Assembly: GCA_043228905.1 (NCBI GenBank)
Contig: JBHGNT010000001.1
Span: 18,972,001-19,036,000, forward strand
Source of the DNA: Azolla caroliniana
Taxonomy: Eukaryota; Plantae; Polypodiophyta
Direction: 5' to 3'
Length of the DNA stretch: 64,000 nucleotides
The notes beneath the pieces were generated by a model. It was given only the letters and a program-made list of their open reading frames with translations. It had not been told where the DNA came from and did no database searches. Below, in pieces: positions 35,001-47,404 of this stretch. Every line of letters starts with the position of its first letter. Position 1 is the stretch's first letter. The translations under genes and the position numbers were made by a program.

Positions 35001-36612
35001 GGAAGGTAATTATATTTTTCCTCCAATTTTGTTTGATATGTGCCGTTTTCAACCACGGCCGCCCCAACAATAGCGGGTATGCGCCTTGTGCCTGTAATTG
35101 TAGCACTACTGCCGAGATGTGAAATGTATGACTGCCCACGGTGACTTCTAATTTCCGTATTAATCTTGTCGGCCGCGCTGAGCTTGTATCGGCCATCCGT
35201 AACCAGAACGGACATGGCTCCCACTCGTGGATTCCCAGGGCATCACACGTCCGGAGGCTTATTACATTAACCCCGGAGCCTCCGTCTATAACTGTGCCGG
35301 GGAGTTCTTTCCCTTTTACAATGGCAGTGATTACCGGCCTGTTGGTGTCCACCACCGTTGGTCCCTCCTCCGGATTCGAGAAGAGTACCGGTGCCGGTGA
35401 TGATTCTCCTACCGTCATGGCCGTCTTCAGTCCTTCCGTGAATCTTGGCACGAGTTGTAGGAGTCTTCCTAGTCGCAGCATAATCTGGCATTCTTGCAAT
35501 GCCTGCCATGTCTCGTTCTCGGAGTGACTGCCGCCGGCAAGCCCTACGGTGTTCTCCTTTTGCCACTGTAAGTCTGTGACATTTTGCTCGTTTGCTTTTT
35601 TCACCCATTCCGTCGCTTGCTTCCGGATGGTCTCCTGCGTCTCCCATTCCTTGGCCATGCCCTTCAACCTTGTGGTCCCCTGCTGCAGATCTGCCACCTT
35701 AGGGACTACCATATTTACTGCCGGTCGTTTTTCATAGCTCTTCACTGGGCATTGATTACTATAATGGCCTTCCTGTCGGCAGTAGTAGCAGTAGGCTTTC
35801 CGGGTATTGCTAGATTCGGCATTGTCTGTTGTACCCGAGGCAGGTCCTGTGGTAAGCGCGGGGTTTTGGGCCGATTGGCTGCTTGAAGCTCCTTGTTCCG
35901 GATCCCGTGGGTAGCCGCCTTTTTTGAAATGCCGTTTTTTGTTATAGTTCTTCTTATTGCGGTACTCTTGACGAGGTTGCTCGTTATATCTGCCGTATTC
36001 CTCCCGTTGCTGACGATACCCGGGGGAGTGCTCCCGGTCGTAATGTTCGTATGATCGTCTATTGTAATCCCGGTACCGATCATATCTATCATGCCGGTCA
36101 TAGTTATCCCGCCGATCACCGTACCAGACATCATTCTCCCGTCGATCGCCGTACCGGACATCCTGTGCCGGTCGGTCGCGGTCCATTCGCCGCCAGCGTT
36201 CCTCTTCTTCATCCCGACTGCTGCGTGGCTCTATTTGTCGGACGGGCGGTGCTTGCCGGTTCAATAGATTATACTCGCACCTATCCGTCGTATGGCCCTT
36301 GGATTGACAGATTACACATTGTGTCCTCATAGTGCATTCTAGTGCCGAGTGTCCGGAATTCAAGCAAGTTGTGCACTGTATTGCTTGCCGAAACCAGAGG
36401 TCTTCATCGGACGGTAACGCCCGTTGGAGTGCTCCCAGTGTGAGCCAGGAGCTTGTCTTTTCCATCTCTCTCACTCGGTCAATGACCTGGTCGATGGTAC
36501 TTGTGCGGAAGTCAATTACCGTGCACACCGTGCGTAGGGGTTCCCGGAGCGCATTCAGAAATATAGTCCGTAATTCCTCCTCCATGGGTGCACAGGCAAG
36601 CTGACTATGCAT
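32008..36612 (-). CDS. Gag C-terminal part-Pol polyprotein (Zn knuckles, protease, RT, RNase H, integrase)
   Basis: CTTCLNSGHSALEC, CYYCRQEGHYSNQC, IDGGSGVN, FLDGFSGYNQI, FLDDF, VDAFD..NYSTTEREAL, WGLDFVG, PYYPQANGLAE. The integrase tail continues after a frameshift to ~31701. Confidence 0.92.
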   Translation of the reverse strand: MHSQLACAPMEEELRTIFLNALREPLRTVCTVIDFRTSTIDQVIDRVREMEKTSSWLTLGALQRALPSDEDLWFRQAIQCTTCLNSGHSALECTMRTQCVICQSKGHTTDRCEYNLLNRQAPPVRQIEPRSSRDEEEERWRRMDRDRPAQDVRYGDRRENDVWYGDRRDNYDRHDRYDRYRDYNRRSYEHYDREHSPGYRQQREEYGRYNEQPRQEYRNKKNYNKKRHFKKGGYPRDPEQGASSSQSAQNPALTTGPASGTTDNAESSNTRKAYCYYCRQEGHYSNQCPVKSYEKRPAVNMVVPKVADLQQGTTRLKGMAKEWETQETIRKQATEWVKKANEQNVTDLQWQKENTVGLAGGSHSENETWQALQECQIMLRLGRLLQLVPRFTEGLKTAMTVGESSPAPVLFSNPEEGPTVVDTNRPVITAIVKGKELPGTVIDGGSGVNVISLRTCDALGIHEWEPCPFWLRMADTSSARPTRLIRKLEVTVGSHTFHISAVVLQLQAQGAYPLLLGRPWLKTAHIKQNWRKNIITFRRGKAKVRVPTQPRTSTGKECTPLYAECVNMLEGLADEEEAQYLQENPKIIPLFEIDIAEAVAPYLSQPEEAEAEPDKDAIRELRQAQEALEWEMAISQCVKASQLEEVNLGTTDEAKPVHIGKEMKSEDKMAMITLLTDFSDVFAWSYEDMRGLDPQLYQHQVHLSKDAKPVAQRRYQMNPNYAAEVKEEIDKLLRVSFIRPVKKATWLSLIVVVTKKNGKIQVCVDYRKLNAATVTDAFPLLSTDGVLDAIAGYEFYSFLDGFSGYNQIRMHPDDQEKTAFVTEWGVFVAVVMMFGLKTAPSTFQRIIMEIFGEYIPAFMQVFLDDFAVYSREEDHFQHLRLCLEKCRAYRLSLNPAKCVFGVSSGTLLGHIVSQEGIAVDPDKVKAILEAPAPTTAKALSRFLGQIRWHSRMLRYLADLATPLHAAVHRTPFQWTDTEDRAYRALKVLLSQAPVVQPPDWSKEFHVFVDAFDIAIGSVLMSLTEPKWYQPVYYASRKLSQAERNYSTTEREALGMIYSVTKFRHYLLGRKFSFHVDHSALLYLVSKASLTGKLARWTLLLQEFEFEIFHRPGIQHAVADYLSRLESEETGDGVADEFPDAELFRVTTGTAADEMVAQEDKWLTNMHQFLSTGLPPEEMNRDERKRLAVQSRHFCLLQYTLYHKGADDIWRRAVRSDEKDLILREAHFGVAGGHYAGDATARKKWQSGLWWPTTLRDVVQYAKQCDLCQRMDQPTEQARMPHQPVLPLEPFQKWGLDFVGLFKPPAMRTGNRYVIVATDYCTKWVEAKALRDNIVASTTKFLYEYIWCRYGCPIELISDQGGHFLGQVVESLTIFYAVVHKRSTPYYPQANGLAESTNKTLQNILRKIVNENRMDWDTKLHSVLWAYWRAYKTSIRTTPFRLAFGLEAVMPVEFQVPSLRIQLRERLNEKESKAIWLTALCELEEQRLASILHLELEQRRRKAFVDWHRKGNEKMFAIGKPVLVFQTRMGKMPAG

Positions 36613-36686
36613 CCGTTGAAACCGGATGACAAACTGGGGAATGCTCTCCCCTACCTCCTATCGGATGGTATAAAATAAGCCCACCA

Positions 36687-37512
36687 TTACTGTTTGGTCC
36701 ACCTCCTTTTGGAAAAATGCAAGAATTTAGCTTTTAAATCTGCGAAGGTGGTGATGGTAGACGGGTCCTGCATCCAGCGCCATCTTGTTGCCGGTCCCTC
36801 CAATGTGACACCAAATTCCACTATCTTAGAGCGTTCCTCTTCCTCCGGGGTCAATCGCTGGGACACATGGTTTGCTTCCCATGTCTGTTCAAAGGCGTGA
36901 ACATGAGCTTCCGCGTCCGGATCATCTCTATACTTGGAGTACTGGAACGACATGTCGTCGTCCGGTATCGGTGCGCAGGCTGGCGATGTTGGTGGTCGTT
37001 CCTGGATTTTCTCCGGCGTCGGTGGTATTTCCTCTTCTTTTGGTGACGGAGGCCTCTCCTCTTCGACTTCCGGTGTCGAAGGTCGCTCTTCCTCTGCTGG
37101 TTCCGGAGGTTCCAGCCTTAGCAATTCTGGTTCCGGTGTCTGTAAGGTGTCTGATCCTTCGTCCTCTGGTCCGCTCGGGGTTTCGTTGCTGCTACGGTAG
37201 TTTGTGTGCACGCTGTATTCCCCTTCGGAATCTGATTCATACGCTGAAAAGGCTTTTGCTTCACCTTCTCCGTTTGCCAACGCCTGGAGAAGGGATTCGG
37301 TTTCCTGGAGGCTGCTTAGGTTGCTGCCGTCGTCCGAGTGCGATGTTTGCTGCAACCAGAGGGAGTCCGCCGCTACTCTCCGGATTACGTTGGAAAACGA
37401 GCAATCCGCTCTAATTTCCTGTGCCGCTTGCTGGAAAGCCTCACGTCTCCTTTGCCTTTCGGCAAGGCGTCGAGTTCGATCTGTAACCAGGTCGTGCGTT
37501 GATCTAGTCATC
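36687..37512 (-). pseudogene. Gag N-terminal region (frameshifted from the downstream ORF)
   Basis: MTRSTHDL..DPDAEAHVHAFEQTW..TLEGPATRW..TFADLKAKFL (retrotransposon gag-like). Confidence 0.75.
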
Positions 37513-39530
37513 CATCCGTGCCGTCGTTCGTTGCAAAAACAGGAATCGTGGTCGCCAAAAACTGTGTTAACTCTTAGGGCCGGACAATGGCCTAACACAA
37601 GGTGTCTACGGAAGACACTTCACCAAAGGGGTGTTACGGCAACAGGATTAGACTCAACGCTTAATCTGACTTAATTAGGTTACTTAGCAAGATCGTCCTT
37701 AATATTCACACGCGTAAGATATAACAATGAATGCAGAACGGCAATTAACACAAAGAGATAACAACACTAAACTTTATTAATTAACCATTGCTCATTACAT
37801 TGTATCCAGGCCTTTAAATAGGTTTCCGGTCTGTATTACAAAACGGTGCCATCCGCACCTGTTCGGGATCGGTCCGGATCCGGAATGGCATACCGATTCT
37901 GGTCCTTCTGTCCACACTCATAGCTTACTTACAACCATTCCTACTAATTAAATAACTCCCCGTTTCACACTCTGGACTCCTTTGCCAGCCGGGCCGGTAA
38001 CATGCACATAAAAAAAACTTAATTTATTTTGTGATATCTTTGCTAGAAAGGTTGTAGATCTTGTTGATATGTGTTATATTAATGATAATCTTAATCTGCT
38101 AACCCAAACATGAAGTTCCATCCTCTTATTTCATTTCTGAATTTCTTTACTAAATGAACAAAAGACAAGCGTGATAATGGCAGGGGTGGCGCAATAGCAT
38201 AACCAAGCATGTGCAAATTTGGGCCAAAAATGATATATATGAGTGTATTGACCCCGAATACCTCTTGCAATGTTGGAATTTTCTCTGAAACTATAAAGAA
38301 CTAGGCTTCATTAATTCAAGCTTCCGATATTGATGGCTTGGAGGAAAGTGAGCTCATAGAGGCAGATATAGTAATAGAAAAACCACTAGGCATGCATCCA
38401 TACATGGTTATAAATACATACATACATACTTATGGGTTGCAGATTATATTATGGACCACAGAAGCTGATTTTATTGTGCATGGGATCACTTAGGAGGTGA
38501 AGGTATAATGATCGATGCTCTTGATTATTAGTCTACATCTTTTGTTTGCAGTAGATTATATTATGAACCACAAAAGTTGATTTTACTGTGGATGGGATCA
38601 ATATTCTAGCATTACTTGGAGGTGCAAGTATAATGATGAATGCTTCATGATCATTACACTACATCTTTTGTTTGCAACTACCATTTTGATCTTGTTATTT
38701 CATTCCTACTACATATTAACCTTTGGTTTGATATTGTTAATGTATAGGTTTTCAACTTACTAAAGGAGGGTGTTCGACAAAGAACAAGTAAAAGAAATGT
38801 GTTTTTGTGAGTGTAGGTTTGCAAATGTCAAGTTTCATAAGGACTATGATAAAGGGCATGTACATGAAGCTTGTTCAGATTTAAAGTGATGATAAAGCCA
38901 ATGCTACTTTTCTTGCAAATTTAAGATTTGACATTCTTGAATCTAAAGCTTTGTGGGTTCCAAAGCTTAGTTACCCCATTTCTGTTGCAAAGAGATTAAT
39001 GGCTATAGAAGAGAATATGTTTTATAGGTTAAAAGTATTATGTGTGAGTGACTACATTGTAACAACTTAGGGACTCAAATGCTCAATTTTTCTTAGAGAA
39101 AAACTATGTGTGTTTGTTCTGGCATTGCAAAAACTTTATGTGGTACTTCCCGAGTTATTCTTGGACATCTCATATTATAGTATTCTTGTTATGATATATG
39201 CTCTTTTAGATATTCTTTTTCACTTCCATGAGCACAATATATGCATTGTTACATAGGCATGCTAGAGAAGATGGCATGGAATGAAGACAACCTTTCATGC
39301 TTAATGCTTAGATGGTGACCCTTCTTTGAAATGAAGATGGTTTGAAGACACATATGCTCCACACCAACAAACATGCAAACAAATGTACATACAAACACAT
39401 TCCTTTAAAAATAAATAAAGAGAAGAAAATGGAAAAAAAAAAAAAAACTAAAAGCAAAATTTAATCTTTAAAAAAGGTGTTGCACAAAGCAATGCCATAT
39501 AGTGATGTGTTTTGGCATCTTTACTAGCCT

Positions 39531-39543
39531 ATTTGTTGTAGTG
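39531..39543 (-). mobile_element. Possible CACTA/EnSpm terminal inverted repeat (single end)
   Basis: ATTTGTTGTAGTG is the reverse complement of CACTACAACAAAT. No partner end was seen. Confidence 0.3.
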
Positions 39544-42500
39544 ACATGTATAGAACATGATTATGCATACACATATAACATTACAAACAATCACACGCAC
39601 CTATAACACATAGATACATACACATGCCATACATATGACAAATGTGATACAATACATATATAAAATAAACATGGAATATAGTATAATACATATGTACATT
39701 CACACGAAATACAATACATGCATGTGAACATACATACACACAACCCATACATAAAATATATGCAACACATGGAATACAATACAATATATAAATAGACATA
39801 ATGAACATACATATGTTTTCTATGTAAGGGCATTTAAAATGAGTTGTTGTCAAAATATATATTGGCACTAAGTGGTATTTTATTAACCATTTTTTTACAG
39901 AACGGTCTCTTAACTAGTTAAAAACATACATATAAGGGTTTTATAAAAGATGTCGTGAACGCATGTGATACAACCTCTTTATATATAGTGGAGCCCCCGG
40001 GGGCATCTAATGGAAGCGGCTGACAAGAGTAGAACTTGAGGCATAATCGAAATGTCAACAATAGTTGCAGACCCTGCACGAGGAGAGGGGGTCAAGGTGG
40101 CGCCGGAGGTCAGTAAGGAAAGGCCGTGACGGACTGTTGGTACAGTGGCCGGAAGGGCCACACAGAGAGTGAGTGCTGGAAAAAGCGAGCCGATTCGAAC
40201 AAAGCCGGATCAAGCCAAGCAAACGCGGACAGGTGTCAGAGATCACACTACGTCGAGGGCTCAGGAGGAGCCGGAAATGAAATGGGCCTAGTGTTCGTAA
40301 TGAAGCACAAAGCCAACTCGATGGCGGTGAACACCTCAAGGTCGAACAAGGTGTGGTATGTGGATTTGGGTGGATCAAACCACATGACGAATCACAGGGA
40401 GTGGTTTTCAACTCTGGAGAAGCCAGAGCAACCGGGGGTTGTCGAACCTGGTGATGACACCCCTCACCCCATCGAACACATCAAAGATGTTCCTCTGAGC
40501 CATGTCAGCCAGGAGGGAATCATGAGGAATGTTTTGCATGTGCTGACAATCACCAGGAATTTGGTGTCGATCGGACAAATTGTTGACTAGGGCATGCAAG
40601 TTCGATTTACTCATCTCAGGTGTTTCATCGAAGGAGGCAAGATCATCACGGAAGGGCACCGAGAAGGGAAGATGCTCATCCTCGAAACGAATGAGGTCAG
40701 AACCACTATGTTTGCGAGAGGGAAAAAAGTCAAGGCGGATACCGACCTATGGCACATTTCCCGTGGCTTCGAGAAATGTAGACGAAGAATATCGTTTTTT
40801 GCTTGCCGAAGTTCAATGGCTGCAAGGGCCAAATCTGTGAAGCCTTCCAGTTAGGGAAGCATCACCGACTTCCGTTCCGAAATGAAAGAAATCGGAGCCG
40901 AAACAAGCTCAATTTAATCCATTCGGATGTATGGGGACCAACACAGAACATGAGTATCAATGGAAGTGGTTACTTTGTAACCTTCATCGATGACTACACT
41001 CCGCACACTTGGGCATGCTTAATCGAGAAGAAGAGTGAAGTCTTCTCCTGCTTCTTAAAGGTGAAGAGCCTTGCCGAACGGAAGGCATGCCGAAACATCA
41101 AGTGCCTTGGGACCAATGGTGGGAAAGAGTACTTTTCCGACCAGTTCGCTGCTATTTGCAAAAAGAAGGAATTCGATGTGAATTCTCCTGTAGGTACACA
41201 CCGGAGCAAAATGGTGTGGCTGAAAGGAAAAATCGGATGATTGAAGAAGCGGCCAGGGCAATGCTAGAAGAGAATCATATGCCATAGTTTTACTGGGCCG
41301 AAGCTGTTAGGATGGTGGTATACCTGCAGAATCAGACTTCTGCAAATGGAGGAGTGTCACCACATGAGATGTATTTCTGGAGGAAGCCGAACTTGGCACA
41401 CTTGAGGGTCTTCGGTAGCATTGCATATGTGCATGTGCCGAAGGAGAAGCGGAGGAAGCTAGATGCGAAAGTCAAGAAGTGCATTGTCGCCGGCCACTCG
41501 GATGAGCAAAATGGTTATAAGTGTTTGTAAAGAGTCAAGAGTGATTTTGTACAGTAGAAGGACTATGTGTGTGTGTGTATGTGCACGTGAGACAAGAGAG
41601 AGAATGAGAGAGAGAGAACTATAACAAAAAACTATATATTACATCCAACAGTGACTAAGTTACAAAAAGGTTGGTTTAAGTACCAACTAGGCTAGGCCAA
41701 ATGCCCTTTCAACTATTTACAAAACTAGCCCGGTATGTCCATGAGCTAGTGTGAAACCTATCTCTATGGGAAGTTGAGTTCGACTCTCAACACGCCCCTT
41801 CAAACACAACTTCCATCTATCGAAAAGTTGTTTTGGTTTGGTCTTTGGAGTCCGGCTTCCGGCTTTCGTAATCCTCGAATTGGATTGTTCGGTTTTTCGG
41901 CTTCGTGCCATCATGCTCCAACTAGTGTGGTTGGCTTCAATCAACTGATCAACTACTTTCGTGTCGGTTGCTTATCGACTGCTTTGGTGTCAAGCTGCTT
42001 CCGTGTCGGCTGTTGTACTCCCCCTCAAGCTCTGCAATGTAGAGATTGTGAGACTGAGGTCGAATGCGAATTGCCCGAGCTTGTCGACTCCCAAGGCCTT
42101 CGTAAAGATGTCAGCAACTTGATGGTTTCTACTGATGTGTTGGAGATCGATTTTGCCGGCTTGAACGCACTCACAAATGAAGTGGTAGTGCACTTCAATG
42201 TGTTTAGTCCACGCATGGAATACGGGGTTCTGAGCGAGGTAGATGCGTAATTGGAGAAGAGGTGAATTGGATCCGTAATGGGAACGCCCAGGTCCTTCAA
42301 GATGTGTTTGATCCAAATAGCTTCGCATGCGGCAACTATTGCGCCCCTGTATTAGTCCTCCGTGCTCGATAGTGCGACTGTCGGTTGTTTGTTGCTGCTC
42401 CTGGAGATCGCTCTACTGTCGAGTGAGAAGACGGATCATCTATCGGCCTTTTAACTGGCCCAGTCTGCATCTGTGTACCCTTCGAGTCGAATAAGCGCAT

Positions 42501-44744
42501 CTGACTTATACATGATGCGATAATCCATTGTCGTACAAACATACCAAAGTATCCTCTTAGCATAATCGTGATGATCATTTTGTGGGTTATCAATACTGAG
42601 TCGGATCGCACTGTTGTGCCCGAATCAACATCGAGCTTAAGATTTTGGTCGAGAGGGGTAGCCACGGGTTTGCACTCGGTCATTCCGAACTTGTATAGTA
42701 AGTTGAGAACGTAATGCCATTGAGAGATCAATATTCCGACTGGTGTTCGAATTACTTCGATGCCAAGAAAGTAATGGAGCTCGTGCAGGTCTTTCATTTC
42801 GAATCTGCCGGATAGGAGGGATTTGACCTTAGTGATCCCGGCTAGATCCTTTCCTTTGATTACTAGATCATCCACGTAAATGATAATGACAATCGGGTTG
42901 TGTGGTTCATTTTAGATGTACAAGGAGTTGTCCGATTTCGACATTTGAAAGCCGATTTGGTGAAGATACTAAGTGATCTTCGAATGCCAAGCACATGATG
43001 CTTGCTTGAGTCCATAGATTGGCTTCTTGAGTCGGCACACAGCTTTCGGCTAAGTACGCGATTTGAAGCCAGGTGGTTGTATCATGTACACCTCCTCTTC
43101 TAATTCACCTTGTAGGAAGGCGTTCTTTACGTCCATCTGGTAGAGATGCCACCCTTTCGCAGTTGCGAGTGCAATTATAGTCTGCACAGTCGTCATCTTT
43201 GCCACCGGAGCAAAGGTCTCCTCGTAATCGACTCCGTGTGTTTGTGCATATCCTTTGGCAATGAGTCATGCTTTGAAGCGATTTACGGTGCTATCGGCAT
43301 TGCATCTACAACTAGTCGCTTTCCTATGAGGTGAATGAGGAACAAGATCCCATGTCTCGTTTTTGCCCAACTCCTGCATTTCTTCGTTCATTGCGTTGAC
43401 CCATCGCAGGTCCTTCACAGCTTCGGAAAGCGTTTCTAGATCCCGTGTAGCCGCTACCTTCATCATAAAGGCGTAATGGTACACCATGTACTCATTGTAA
43501 CCGAATCGGGTGGACCAGCGTAGCTTCTCGTTCGCGGAGACGAATGCTTTCTTCGCTCAATTCGTCTAGAAGATCGGGATGTCCAAGCCTTCGAACTCAC
43601 TATCAAGGGAGTGATTTGATGCGTTGTTGATTGGATGTTCATATTCGGACAACTTGGCCTTCCCTTTGTCGAGTTTCGGACTCAGCCGAAATGTGCTTTG
43701 GTCACTCGGGGCTCCTGTGGTCCACTAAGTCGTGTTGTAATCGGGCTTTCTTTGAACATGCGCGTGAGCCGATCTTCGTCTTCTATCTCCATTTCGGCAG
43801 ATTCCAGGTCGAGCGGAGTCAGAGTCGAAGTTGTTTCTGGTGCGTACGAGGATGTGGACTTGTCGAAAACGACATCTCGACTTACTCGAGCTTTTCGGGT
43901 AGATGTGTTGTAACATTTGTACCCCTTCTTTTTGAGCGAGTATCCTACGAGGATACATTTCTCAGACTTTGGGTTGAGCTTTTGTTGCATTTCGTCGGGA
44001 ATATGCACGTAGGCGATTGAGCCAAAAATCCGGACATGTGATAAATCCGGCTTCTTTCCAAAAACCCTCTCATGAGAGGTTACGTCGTACCCCAGAGGTT
44101 GTACATCTATTCATAAGATATACCACCATGCTCACTGCTTCTGCCCAGTATGATTTCAACAAGTTCTTCTCATTCATCATTGCCAGTGCAAACCTCTACG
44201 ATGTGCCGATTCTTTTGTTAGGCTACACCATTTTGCTGAGGTGTATGGCGACAAGAAAATTCGCGCCGTATTCCTTCCTTTGGGAGATATGTTGTAAAAT
44301 CGTCCGAGAAATATTCTTTGCCTCTATCCTATCGAAGGCATCATACATGCCGACCCATGGCTTTTTCGACTTTGGTTTTGAACCTTTGGAAGTGGCCGAA
44401 CACTTTGTTGTTCTGTTTCATCGGGTAGAGCCAGGTATGCTTGGAGAAGTCTTCGATGAACGTGACATAATATCGGCAACCACTGAATGTTGCTATCAGG
44501 GTTGGTTCCCACACATCTGAATGTACTACATCTAGGATCCCTTTGCTCACATTCCTCTCTTTCGGGAATAGATATCGGCATTGTTTTCCGAACTGGCATG
44601 CCTCGCATATGCCCGTAATCTCCTTCTCAATAAATGTCGGGAGTCCGATTACGACTCCTTTTGATTGCATGTTCTAGAGCTTTTGAAGATTTATGTGGCT
44701 GATTCTCTTGTGCCACAATTTCAAGTTGGTTTTGACTTTAAGAC

Positions 44745-45190
44745 TGTTACGGTATGAGATGTACGGAGAGTTGAGTGAGGGTGAGGAAACTTAATGTTGT
44801 TGTACTTATGTGTAATGTTATACGATTATGAGTGTGAATGTAAGTGTGAGTGTGGTGGATACAAACAGGTGTGAATGCCCAAGGGGCTTGCACGCTTGTG
44901 TATCTACCCTTTTGTACCTATTTAACCTCTTACGTTCAACCCCCTTGGGAGTGGGGTGGAGCCATTCTAGGCACCACCCCCCACCCCTCAACGCTTGTCA
45001 ACATCTTCATGATCTCTCTCACCATCATACCATTCATCATCTTCACTATTACATCATGTCTATCTCCATCATCACACCTATCATTATCATCATGTTATCC
45101 TAATTATAATCGTATAACATTACACATAAGTACAACAACATTAAGTTTCCTCACCCTCACTCAACTCTTTGTACATCTCATACGGTAACA
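44745..45190. mobile_element. 446-bp non-coding insertion with 85-bp terminal inverted repeats, TGT..ACA ends and a 5-bp TSD
   Basis: 44745-44829 is the reverse complement of 45106-45190 (3 mismatches). AAGAC flanks both sides. It interrupts Copia pol. Confidence 0.9.
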
Positions 45191-45528
45191 AAGACCTTTC
45201 ACAAACATAGCCGATTTCACCTCTTTTGATTCGAGGATAAACATTCTGCCTTTTCGACGACCATGCACTATGCTTTGATCATCCTTTTCGATGAATCACC
45301 CTTCATTATTGAATCTTACTTGCATACCTTTTTCGACGATCTAGCCGATTGAGACCAAGTTTTTCATGATAGTTGGGACATGCAAGACGTTCTTGAGGTA
45401 GGTTTTTTTGCCGTCATTTCCAAATAGAACATTTCCGACATGCTGAATTGGGTGAGTCATATCATCTCTGGTTTCGACATACCCGAGTCGATCAGTCTTC
45501 ATGGGCTATCATGTGATTAGATGCTCCC

Positions 45529-45989
45529 TGTTGGCCGGCAAAGCCTTAAAAGCCGAATAAAGTACAGAATGGGAAGGAATAATTAATCTATAATTATTAT
45601 TATTTTGAGAAGTGAATGGACGGACCCAGAATCGGTATGCCGATCCGGATCCGGACCGGTTCGTAGCTGGTTGCCAGTTGGCACCAGTTTGTACCTAGAG
45701 CCGGTGACCTATAAAAGGACCCGGTCTATTTGTAATGAGATAGCGGTTTATTAATGAAAGTGTTGTTCTGCTACATCTTGTTAATCTTTAAATCTCTTAG
45801 TTAATGACTGTTTTGTGTTTAATATAATCTATCTTACACGTGTATAATGACCATTAACCTACCCGGTTAACATCCGGTTAGGAATATGTTTGCATTACGG
45901 TCTGCGCCTACCCCACTTGCACTACCCTTTGGTGAAGTGTCCTAGAGGGACACCCTATGTTAGGGCTAGTCCGACGCCAAGGAGTAACA
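45529..45989 (+). mobile_element. Solo LTR related to the 28-38 kb Gypsy LTRs
   Basis: TG..CA ends, TSD CTCCC, shared motifs ATCCGGATCCGGACCG and CCCTTTGGTGAAGTGTC. It splits the Copia protease motif WFVNLGASNHM. Confidence 0.9.
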
Positions 45990-47404
45990 CTCCCAAGTTG
46001 ACAAACCATATGCTATTTGAAGAAGAGGTGCTATTTGAGGCCTGTGCCATCATCGAATGTGCTTCATGCCTCACTACGAACATCCCGCCACGATCGTTGT
46101 AGTCGGAATTCGAAGCGTAGTTTGTGAGTTGTCGGCTAGTCGAAGCTGAGTCTCGTACCTTTTCTCGGCACTCCTCTTCATAGTGGTTGTGTTTATCACA
46201 ATACCCACATTCGATTGGGTTGTTATAATTGCTTGGTCCGGCAGGGTGGCTCCCCCTTTTGCCGAACTCTCTAGGACTGTTTCTGTCCTCTTGCCATTGA
46301 TGGAAGTTACGCTCTTGTGCCGGCTAACTTTGTCAGCCTCGTCCGAGCCGACCTTTGTTTCCACGGCCGAATCCTCTTCTATCATCCGATTGTGAGTAGA
46401 GCATCTGATGATCAGGCGCATTGTTCCTTTGCCGAACATGATTTTCTTCGATCAACAAAATTGGTTGAAGATCGAGAAAGGAAGGAGAGTTCTCCCTTGC
46501 AAGAATGGTTGATCTAATCGTGCTGAATTGAGGTGCCAAGGCGCCAAGGCATATTTGCATCATTTCATCATCATCAATTACGACATTAATCAAACCGAGG
46601 GCATCACACAACTCCTGGATCTTGAAGCTATAGCCAGTGATCAACATGTCCCTCTGTTGCATGTTGTTTAGCTCCTGTCGAAGTTGTAGCTTTTGTGCAG
46701 CTGTATTGGCCATAAAAATTTCTTGAGATTTCTCCAAGCTTCTTTTGGTGTTTTCGAATCTCGAATATAGCCTAGCATGTGGTCATGAACACATGATGCA
46801 AGGCAGTACAACACACGGCTCGTGGCCTGCTCCCACGTTACATAGTCGGTGTGTGTCGGGTTGGGTTGCGTTTCATGAGCTCCCTCGATGTAGCTCCATA
46901 ATCTTGTTCAACAAGGTACTAATGCATCTTGTACTCCCAAGATGCGAAGTTTATTCTATCGAGCTTCTCGGTAGGAAGAGCGCTTCCCATCTAGGTTTTC
47001 ATTGTCGAACTTCTTCTACTCTTGATGCGAGCTGTGCAGAAATCGTTGCAGAAGCGATCAGTTGGTTCTCTGCTAGCTTGAGCACGACACACGTGAAGGT
47101 GATGGGCTTGGATCAAGCCACCACACGTTCTGATACCATGTAAAGAAACAAGAGTGATTCTGTACAACGGAAGGACTATGTGCATGTGGGTGAGACAAGA
47201 GAGAGAGAGAGAGAGAGAACTATAACAAGAAACTATATATTAGATCCAACAATGCCTAAATTACAAGAAGGTTGGTTTAAGTACCAACTAGGCTAGGGAA
47301 AATGCCCTTTCAACTATTTACAAAACTAGCCTGGTATGTCCATGAGCTAGTGCGAAACCTATCTCTATGGGAACTTGAGTTCGACTCTCAATAGTGTTAT
47401 AACC

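Larger units (their letters stand above)
28051..38002 (-). mobile_element. Full-length non-chromovirus Ty3/Gypsy element (Athila/Phygy-like) with a large extra ORF
   Basis: 438-bp LTRs 28051-28488 and 37565-38002 (about 16 differences by eye), TSD TGCAC, PBS TGGCGACCAC (tRNA-Arg-like, minus strand ~37548-37557), order gag-PR-RT-RH-INT. Confidence 0.95.
41526..47393 (-). mobile_element. Ty1/Copia element, degenerate, nested
   Basis: LTRs 41526-41792 and 47139-47393, TSD GTGTT, PBS TGGTATCAGA (tRNA-iMet), PPT next to the left LTR. Remnants of gag, PR, INT, RT (YVDDL) and RNase H (ADIFTK). Confidence 0.9.

Noticed and set aside
28490-37700. Many plus-strand ORFs of 60-180 aa
   Set aside because: Antisense shadows of GC-rich retroelement coding sequence.
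39560-39870. Cys/Tyr/Met-rich minus-strand ORFs
   Set aside because: Artefacts of (ACAT)-rich low-complexity sequence.
39975-39992. Helitron-like 5' end TCCACTATATATAAAG on the minus strand
   Set aside because: It is not preceded by A, and no convincing hairpin-CTRR 3' end was found.
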